DNA of 64,000 nt, from NCBI GenBank assembly GCA_036172245.1, contig JAYWIR010000003.1, forward strand, positions 4,154,001 through 4,218,000, in the 5' to 3' direction. The notes under the pieces were generated by a model. It worked only from the letters and a program-made list of their open reading frames with translations, had not been told where the DNA came from and did not search any database. Shown here piece by piece: positions 50,701-60,500 of the stretch. Each line of letters begins with the position of its first letter. Within the stretch, counting starts at the first letter, position 1. Position numbers and translations under genes: made by a program. This DNA is from Raillietiella orientalis (taxonomy: Eukaryota).

Positions 50701-52350
50701 ACTGGTGACCGGTTCAGCCCATACACCCTATGGCGTTTTGCAGAAAATGGCTGGACTTTGAGAAGGGCTACTACCTACGAGAGGAACCACAAAAACGCAA
50801 CTCTTGGTTGATGACATTGCTCACTTTTGCTACGATCGCAAGAGTAATCGAAGTCGACATAGCACCTCAGTTCTCAGCTCCGTCCACATTAACCTCATTA
50901 AAGGAAATCCCATTAGGGCGAGTACACCTAGCAAGAGCAAAGGATTCCTCCCAAGATGACCTCAGACATCGAAGTGTAAGTAGCAAAAATTGGCTGGATT
51001 CACGGAACTCCCCATGACGTCCTCAGTTCGGACGCAGGACCTCAGGTTTCGCAAGAGACGTGGTCAAAATGAGCTCGAAATTTTATGCACGTGATGCAAC
51101 TACGTTAAAGAGCGCACAACTCCTGAGCGAATCTTCCAATGAAAACCCAATGGAAGGCCTCCTCCTTAAGAGCCGGCAGCGACCTCGGTTAGTTTCTAGT
51201 GGTGTTAGAAGGTCCAGATCCAAACAGCCAGGAGATCGCACCACATGGTGGATCATGAATCCAATTCCGGCAAAACAGAAATTAGCAAATATCTGCAATA
51301 TCTCTGTCTAGATCCAGTTAGCAAGAGATGTCCGCTGCGTAACTAAGCGAACAAAAACCGATAGAATGCATTATGCAACGACGGAAGAGTCAGTCATCGA
51401 TAATGTGAGAAAAACAAGCAAACGCGCGCTCTTCAGTTTCACCGAACAACCCAAAAGTGCAGGCGCCTCTTCTATGCGAAGTATCGCGACGCCCCACTGA
51501 ACTCTTCGAAAGATCTCACGTATTCCGAATCGATCCCCAAAGGCAAAAGAAATTTGGTTTTAGAGACTGCAGAACAAGAAAAACTTCATAGGAGCAAAGG
51601 AAGCCTTTAACTCTTTTGCTTTTTATCTCACGTCATGATTCACCAACTTTATCTCAAATCAAGGAGTTTCTAGAACCTCAAAAACAGGATGAAAAAGTGA
51701 ATACACCCTGCCTAGAGGACAAATCGAGTATCAAATGCACTGATCTTAAATCTATTGCAACCATATGATCACGTGAACCGATGATGTTACCAACGAAGCA
51801 GTTTTCGAATGCAAGTTCCCCCCCCCCCCCAGCCGAGAGGGTTCTTCGGAGAGACACTCGACAGCAGTCTTTCCTGATCTGGGTGCAGACACCAGTGCTT
51901 CTGCTTTCACCTATGGTGTCACACACTGACTGGAAATGAAGAATGAGACAGCAAGCCTACTTCTCGAACATTTGAAAGAACTGCTGCGTGACGATTCCGA
52001 ACTGAGTGCAGGCACTAGTCAGGCATTCCATAAACTTTACTGACACGTTATTATGCATGCTCTCTAAAATTCGTGCTTTCGTGGAATTAACGTTTTATTT
52101 CACAGAGACATATTTCTCCCAGGCTGAGTGATCAGCAGCTCACCTTTCCTATGTGTCCAACAAACTGAGGCTTTCTAGATGAATTTTTAATTCCCATTTA
52201 TCTTCTGTATGTATCAACAGACGCTTACAAGCAAAAGCAAGGTGTTCTTAGTAGTATTTCAGAGAGCTTCAGATACTCTGATGTCTTTATTCGAGCTTCA
52301 CGGCGTTAACGTGCAACCGTACATATTGTAGAACTGAATACCTAGAACCA
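47800..52350 (-). mobile_element. Decayed L1/Tx1-type ORF2 'E'
   Basis: Endonuclease relics SRSTGVCTQIR..IIGSRD..AIDL (~51905-51745) and GFMIHH..GCLDLDL (~51260-51210). RT relics ICCVDVF (~50135), ERTCAF (~50010), GGCSWP (~49590), KMKGKDFP..SLFA (~49515-49465), GTFAEAS (~49420), LGIVCF..ARKRL (~49110-49045), KSIRWEHL..P (~48820). C-terminal CGTC..ES (~48420) and LHGALRGKR (~48005). Confidence 0.6.
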
Positions 52351-54568
52351 GATTAAGCGAATTCGTTGCTTATGAAGATGCTCTGAAGAGACACACAGTG
52401 AAAGAACTCCTCGTTTTGGTGCACATTCAGGAATGAGAAACTGATAGAGAAATTCAAGGACCAGGTTCAAATTGCATCATAATTTATTCAGAGGTTATGG
52501 AGTCTGGAATAGTATGCAACTATCAAATGAATAGCGTCTTTCAGAATCTATAAGATAAAGTTCCTGAGTTTGCCACATGAATAGAATTTTTCATTTTTAG
52601 TCCTTTCCCGAAACTCCTGTCCTCAAAAATCTAATACATGGATGCAAAGTTTTGATGATCTCTTCTCGGAATGAACCCAACACTTGGTATGGACAAAAAT
52701 TTCCGAAGAAAATTCCTTTGATGAACTCACAATCAGCACTTATCAAACCATTGGTGTTTTATTATTATCATTATTGTAGCTCCACTCCTGGTGATTCGTC
52801 AGTTTCAACTCTTTGATTCAACGAGAAGAATCAAGACTCATTCGGAAGAAAATAAGCAAGAATGATGAAACTCATTTTGACTGAACTGCAACTTTTAAAC
52901 ATATCGAAAGAGAAAAACTCCTCGGTTTGATGGTGATATCTGGAGTTTTTTTTTCGATTTGACATCATACAAACCTCACATTCAGCAATTGGCAAATACG
53001 TGGAGACTTACTGATTGTTCTTATAATTTATGTTGCATTTACTTGCTAAATGTTCGTGTTTTTAATAATTGTAAACCTTTTAACTTTCATAGCCATTCTT
53101 TGCAAGTTTAATGACTGATTTAGTCAATGATGCAATGAAAATCTAATACACTAAAGCATATCCAAAAAAAGCGAAAGAAAAAGTTCACTTCTAAATCAGA
53201 ATGTCTGGTGAAAAGAGAAGCACCTTTAATGTATTATTGCTATTATTTGTTCGTTTGAACAACTGCTTACAAAAGATATTTTTCCTAGAAAGCGAACTCT
53301 TCTCCATCAGTATTCTCCATTTACATCTTAAGGGTGCCGTCATTCTCTGATCCCCTTTCTCATTAAGCTTTCTTTCCACATTGAGACTGCAGCACCAAGA
53401 CATCTTTCCAAGTTATCACTCCACTTTAAAAACAAAATGTGTCCATAAAGTTGTGCAAAATAATTTTAAACAGAAAGCAAAAACATGAGATGGCGATTGC
53501 AAGAATATTTATTTTTGCTTCCCGATGGAAACCAAAAATAATTCCTAAACCATTCTGTTATTCCTTTTTAAAGGTTTTGTCATTATTAAATGATTCACCT
53601 TATTTCACAACTTCCAACTAGGTAACGGAAGGAAAATGTACTTGATACCCATGCATCGTGTTCCTAGGGATCACACATTGCAGTCCACCGTCTATGAAAT
53701 GGTTGTGATGGTCTTGAAGTAGACGGCAGTGTAAGTGGTATGAGTCCTCGAAGAGAAAGAATTCTGCTGTGGCTAACTGCAAGTTTAGCACAGGAAATGA
53801 ACGAGCATTTCAGAACGAAGATTTGCTTCCTTAATGCATGAAGGCCATGTTGGTGAATGACATCCACATTGTTCAGTATGTGCATACAGCTTAAAAAAAA
53901 ACAGAGTAAGTATGAACCTCATTGCATGTGGAAAATTGCTATGAAGGTTCAGATCAGATATCACCGGCATTTACTGTTTTTATTCTAGCCTTTTGAAACA
54001 AAGATAAATTGAAAATACACACACACACACACAGTGAGTATAATGAACTTAGAAAAATTTCCAAATATCATTATTGAGAAATGCGCAAAATTCAGTGTCA
54101 CTGGTAAATTCATTGAAAATGAAACAAAACAACAACGCGTAGAACTGAAAAGCATGTAAAGTTAGTGAATGGAAGTCGGTGAATGTTTTGCAGTCCGAGT
54201 TGATCGAATCGAATGAATGTTGAAAGTTGCCAGAAATGTTTTAAGACATTTTAACAGAAGGCATTTTTAATTGTCGGCGCCGTTATTTTTTGGTTTTCAG
54301 TTTCATTTCCGAGTTTCATTTTTCCATAATACAAATATAGTTAGTGGTAAACGAATTTGTTGGGCTGAAGTTTTTTATTAATTGAAAGTGTTTGGAATAA
54401 ATAGTTCTGGATGTAAGCTGTTGAATAGACCTTTGTTAAATATTTCAATTTGTTCAGATCTGCATGAGTGAATGCCAGTGGGAACATGTCTTACATTTTC
54501 CTGTGTACTGAAAAATTGATGGTAAATTGATGGTTATCTCTGTGTTGTAGAGTCAAAAATGCTTCAGA

Positions 54569-56563
54569 ATGCTTAAGAATGATATGTCTGATGTTTGGGT
54601 GACCTCTACTTTTGCAGAAGGCCAAAAATCAGATAAAAAGCTTAAAAGAACAATCAAAAAGGTTGTAAAATCTCATAAGAAAATTAAGTTAGGTGAAAAG
54701 CATGGCAAAGAAGAATTTGCATGGACAGATAGGTGGCTACCTAGTTGTACTGCAGATTTGGCAGTCCACAAAAAGAAAGTTTCTGAAGTTGCAAATTGGT
54801 TGAAACTGTGGATTCCTGAGGGTGCAAGACCTGAGGTGTAGAATCTTTGTGCTTGATTATCTACTATTCAAATGTGTTCAGTGTCCTATATTGCTGCTGA
54901 CTGGTCCAACTGGTTGTGGGAAATCAGCCACTGTGAAGGTTTTGGCTCTGGAGTTAGGTTTCCATGTTCAAGAGTGGAGTGCCCCTCCCAGTGATGAGTT
55001 TACCACTCTATTCGATAAGGAAGTGTTTCCTGCATCTCAGGTTAGTGTATTTTCAGAAAGTGATTGGATGTCTGTGTTTCTCATAGGGACAGATGCACCA
55101 TTTTCAAAAGTTCCTGCTTCAGGCAGGGCGTTATCAGCCTGTGGTCATCCATCATCAGGGTCAGCAACTCCTTCTGGTTGAGGAGCTTCCAGGACTGTTT
55201 GCCCAAACTCCTCCCAATTTAGAACTCCTATTCAAGTATGTGAGGGACCAAGGATCAGTTAATACTTTGATTCTTAGACGCTATTGCCATGTAGCTATCA
55301 TACCTCTTATCCTCATTCTGGATGAGAAACAGTGTAAACTACGCCACTTGATTCATTTTTTGGTTCATGAGATGCATGTTACTCACATTAGGTATGTTGC
55401 TGTTCTCTGTGATGCCCATTTGGTTTGTAGCTTTAATGTGGTACCTCCAGGAACTATGGTACGAGCTCTTAATCGGATTTTAGCTCAGGAATCCATGATG
55501 CACCCTGAAAAATCTTTATCTGCTGCAGTTGTTGATGAAATAGCAAAATTGTCCAAGGGAGATCTGAGGGCTGCCATCAATGAATTGCAATTTGCATTGG
55601 GTGTGACTGATCCCTCAACCTATAAAGCATTTTCTCATGATGGTACCCTTTTGCTATACAGGGCTTTGGGTAAGGTGCTGCATTGCAAACGTAAGTTTTT
55701 TTGTTCATCTTTTTCATTTCTCAAAATATGCTGTATCATAGGTGATACAGGAGGTGGACCTAGCAAACAGCTACCTGCATGCTTAGCACAGAGAGAACGC
55801 TATCCTCTTTTATTGGATTTGGATGAAGTCTGTTCTCAAAATCCAGTTTCCCCTGATATGTTTTTGTCCTATTTGCATCAGTCATGCACTTCTTTTTTGT
55901 CTGGGATACAGGAAACAGAACTATGTTGTCACTATTTGAGTGATGCTGATGTCTTGTTATCTGATTCATTGGTAGGTTCAGAAAACAGAATTTCTTATGA
56001 TTTTTTCAAAGGCAAGGTGGGAGTTGATGGAAACAGCCCTGTTGGTTGGTGTCCGAGGATTTATCTTTTCCAAGGAGGAAACTAGCATATCTGCCGGATG
56101 GCAACCACTGCATTGTCCTCAGTGGTATGAAGTCAGTCGCCAGGCATCTAATCGGTAATCCAAAATAGGATGGAGAAAAAAATTTTTTGTAGTCTCTGCC
56201 AGGTTAGAGTAGCATTCAGACACAGTTGTGATTCCAATGTGGAAGCAATCACATGTCTTTTGCCATATTACTTAAAGATTGGTACTAATGATGGTCAAAG
56301 TGGTACTAATGATGGTCAGCATCTTAAACTGGCCCATGATATTAGCAGATTGGAGTTGCCATTATCAAGGTTAACATGTTTTGAAATTGAACATGGAATG
56401 AGTTTTGTTATGTAGATTCCCTGCTCGTCTTCTGGAGAAAGAAACTGTTGTAGAAGAGTGTGAAGAGAGTGTACAATTCTTGGATTCCCAACTGCAAAAC
56501 CTGACTCCTTTTTTGCACCTTTCTTCCGAGTACATGATAGAAGAGTTCAGTGACTCTGACTGA
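54569..56563 (+). CDS. RAD17: Cell-cycle checkpoint protein Rad17 (RFC-like 9-1-1 clamp loader subunit), 9 coding exons, ~546-548 aa
   Basis: Exons 54569-54835, 54882-55040, 55087 (or 55093)-55235, 55278-55391, 55431-55690, 55742-55971, 56012-56154, 56193-56369 and 56416-56563; all introns are GT-AG and phase-compatible. Motifs: WTDRWLP..DLAVHKKKV, Walker A LLLTGPTGCGKS, FQKFLL, Rad17-type Walker B LLVEELP, ISFNVV, GDLRAAINELQF, RALGKVLHCKR, YLSDAD, WQPLHCPQWY, acidic tail IEEFSDSD*. Start codon uncertain (54569 or 54584; an acceptor-like TTGTAG ends at 54550). Confidence 0.93.
56281..56317 (+). repeat. In-frame 21-nt-period tandem duplication inside a Rad17 exon (GTNDGQS-GTNDGQH)
   Basis: ggtactaatgatggtca occurs at 56281 and again at 56302. 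Confidence 0.9.
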
Positions 56564-56651
56564 CATTATGTGATGTGTTGTTACTTGGCTTAAATCCAGA
56601 ATGTATTACTCCCTAATTGCTCAGTTGGGTATTTATTTGATGACATCCCCA

Positions 56652-57180
56652 TTAAGTGTCTGAATACAAAAGGATTTTGTTGATCTCTTTTAACACCTTT
56701 TCCCATTTGCTGAAACAAAATGTGCATGCTACTTTACTTAGAATAAAGGAAATGTTATGGTAGCCATTATCTAATATGGAGCAGTCCAGTGGTGAAAGTT
56801 CTTTTCGGATAAATTTGCTTGTACTATTGTCAAAAAACATAACTGTGGAAACATACCTTATGTTACAAGGCTAACATGTTATATGATGAAATATATTATC
56901 TCTTGAGTAGCTGTGATTTTCAAGCTTCTAAATTGTCAAGAGTTATGGCAATCTCCATCTTTGCTTTGGTTGCTCATGGATTCACTGTTTGTGCCCACTG
57001 TAATTGCAACTTGTGGGGGACTTTTGTCCATATAAAGTGGGCTAGTTTTGATAAAATCCCTTGCTAGGTTTAGCACATGACTTATCCCAGTCCAAGGCAC
57101 CCAAGCATCCAGTGCAATGACTACGTTTTTCGCAAACGATACCATGTGAATGAACGCAAATAGATTTATTTGGATGCTTC
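56652..57180 (-). other. Possible two-exon fragment with a vWA/Rossmann-like pattern, convergent with Rad17 (gene or pseudogene)
   Basis: Acceptor-like TTTCCAGCAG ending at 57181; ORF segment NVVIALDAW..ISHVLNLARDFIK..QVAITVG; phase-compatible GT (56985) to AG (56843) join into MFFDN...NKILLYSDT*. The resemblance to vWA strands is by eye only and MIDAS DxSxS is absent. Confidence 0.25.
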
Positions 57181-57599
57181 CTGCTGGAAAGGAAACAAAA
57201 GACATGAGGTAAACGTGTGAATTTGAAGGAAATGCCAGGTCACAAAGCAGTTCGTGTAATTCATTCAAATGAAGACATTGTATACTTTGGATGAAATCTC
57301 CACTACAGTTAATTAAAGGAGACTGACGATTATTAGCTCTTAAGTTGCGCAACTGAGGATGCATTATTGTGCTATGTTAAAGTTCAAGTTGCAGAAGCTG
57401 GGTGAACTTGCCAAATAGGGCAAAAGGAACATTTAAAACTAGCAGCCTGGGATCGAAAAATGTGAATTCTAAGATTTTTTGTGTGTGTTTAAAAAAAAAA
57501 AACATAATTAAAATAATAAACGGATTTGGACTTGAATAAGAAGTACAAACAGCCCTTGGCTCGTTGAATTTCCGACGAGTTCACTGCTCTTCTGGAAGC

Positions 57600-60500
57600 A
57601 GGCGCGCAGCTCGGGCACCACCGGTAACTTCATGAAGCACATCAAAAATTTCAGTCGACAACGAAAGGGCTGCCACACAAATAGTGTTTTTTTTTTTTTC
57701 CCCCCCCTTTCCAAAAAGCATCTCTGGTTCGTGTTGTGTGAGATGAGTTTTGAGCCCTACGTGCACCACCGGTTAAAATCGCTTAGTCACAGAGCACGTG
57801 CTGTGCGTATGTCTTCCTGTTTGTGAAAGTTGGTGCGTGGTTACGTAAGCTTCGGAGCTCCCCCGTTGTTGACTCGAAGACATCTCGCCCGACGTCTTTC
57901 ACTTTCAGGTGATGCTCGCCGTTCCGGTGGTTCAGAGACATTGCAGGCCGAATGGCTCGCCGTTTGCTGCTGCTCATCAAGATGACAGCGGCCCTCGCCG
58001 CAGATTTTGTACGTCCGACTGGTGCTTCGGCAGCATCCTTAGCAGATTAGCAGCCACCCCGATGCTGATCCCCTTGTCCATTTTCCTGTTGGTGCATCTT
58101 CCCCGGGTCAACCCGCCTTTTTGTTTTTGCAAGATAAGTGACGTGACGGAAGTGCCTGCAAGCGCAGGTAATGGTGCCCGTCGGACAAAAGATGTGGATG
58201 TCGGGCAGCTCACGTGGACGACGTGAAGAAGCCATGAGGAATGCGTCCAGTCGGCTCCGTAGAGCTGGATCAGCACAACATGCGTTATTTGAAAACTGAT
58301 GAAGCACATGCGAAGCTGAGAATCGGTCCAAAAGAGTATGGTTTGGAGCGGAGAGAAAATTCACGTTCCCGAGACAATGAAGGCATCCAGTTGCCCTGAG
58401 GGGAAATTGAGGATTCGTGTTCGAAATTCACACTTCGTAAAGACTGTCAGCAGTTGCATGAAGTCTTTTAATTAACAAGCTCGAACGGGCTCGTGGCGAA
58501 AGCAGGCGACTGAGCGTTTTCAAACGAATGCGCCAAATGGGTGGTTTTTTTTTTTTTTTTTTTTTTTTCTTGCACGTCTCCAGAAGGTGAAAGATCAAAC
58601 AAAGTTTATTCTTGTTGGTGGCTTTTGAACGTTCTGTTATGGCGATGGGCCTGCCACGAAGAGGCATTTGCTGCTTCCGGCAACAGAAACCTGCCCCGCC
58701 GCGAATAAGGATGCATCGAAATGCAGCCGGAATGAATGGAACCATTAAAAGCAACAGGACTGCTTGTCAGCAAGAAGAGAGAAGTGATGTCTACATTGTG
58801 CGTGGGCAAAAATTCACTGGGCGAGCTGCTGCCGGTCAAACCGATTGCAAAGCAGTTGTGACCGAATATTTTCGCTTTCGCCTTCTTTGACCTCTTACCA
58901 GAACCTTTCGTTTTTCACACTAAATGAGAGCCATGGGAGGGGATAGCCGAAAGGTGTCCGCGCGAGACAGACGCAGCACTTCCCGGAGGACAGTTTGTAC
59001 TTTAAGCCGCCCGAGCTGCGTGCTTTCGCCTTGTTCGCACTGTTAGAAGGGTTCCCAAGTGCAAGATGGTATTTTCATACAATCTAATTAGTACGAATGG
59101 ACAACTTGAAAATATGTGTGTTATGAATTTGTGCGTGTCCTCGTGAATGCATCGCGATCGTTCAACTTACAGAAACAATAACTGTGACGTTCTGAAGGCA
59201 TGTGGATGCTGCTTTGTGTGGTTTCAAGTACGAAAAAATCAGGCCATAGTGCCGGAGCTCCACTTTTATCCATGTCTTACCATCCCCGTGCTCGACCATA
59301 ATTTTGCTGTGGATCGATACTTGGCTGAAGGATAATTTGGGGCGGTAATTTGCAATCTGGGTATTTAAAGATGACTCTTCGCCGTACTGATGTGGAAATT
59401 CCTCTGTTGAATTGGGAGTAGGCCGTAGCAGCGCGAACGAGGAGCGATCCAAAACGCAAGGTGAAACAACCCTCTGGGATGGTGAGGCACCAACCAGATA
59501 ATTCACGAGAATTCCGATTCTTCTGGCACCTCTGGTATTATAGCGATAGTGGAATGGCTTTTAATTGCTGGCATTGTGCGGGGATGCTTTTGAAAAGAAC
59601 CTGCAAAGCATCGGAGGTGTTGTCAAGCCAAGTCTCTGGTCTTCGGTCAGATTAGGCACGGCCGAAACTTCATGATGTACCCAACCGCGGATGTCACGGG
59701 ATTCTGGGAACCTCGGAAACATCTTCAGGGATGGATCTTCGTTTTTTAGGCCATCAAATCTGTGCGCAGCGTCGGATTCGTTGAAGAGCAATGCGACACT
59801 TTCGGTGGAACGCAATTTTATCTCCAGACAGCATTTTGGCGTTTTCCTTGATCTCAAATCAGGTGTTTCTACTTTGCTCTGCCAACCCATGGTGAAAATA
59901 CATAGGGAGATCTGATTGGCCTGACACTCATGGTCACGTTTTAAGAGCACATCCACCAGCACGCATCATAGCCGCTGAGGTGACGCTGTTCTTCATCCTC
60001 CCGAACGCAGTGGATGCTTTTCTGGTCTCGAGCAGAAGGCTCAAAAACCTACAGCATTTCCGCTGATGATTCCGGAATCTCCCCCTCCCCCCCCCGATTT
60101 CTTCGAAATTTCCTTCCGTGTCTTTTCGTCTCAATCGCCCTTTTTTGCTCCGTTTATTTTTTTTTCTTTCGCAGAGCACGATGTTTACGGGATGCCACGT
60201 TTCAGAAAGTGATATCGGCCGAGCTTGTATTACGCTTACGCTGACACTTACGAACACTTCCTATGTCTTTTCCAAGCTTTCATTCGGTCGCGGAATTCTT
60301 TTCGAGTCCAAAGTCTCCTTGCCTTCCTAGCAATGCGAAACATCACGCGAATGTCTTACAACCACGGGGAATTGGATCCTGGGGGCTCTTCACAAGAGAC
60401 CGCGGAACTACGCGCGTAATTTCGAAACTCAAGCCGACTCTGTCTGCGCTCGGTTAATCAGAGAAGCTTCCAGAAAATGTTTCCGGAACGTTCGCGGCGC

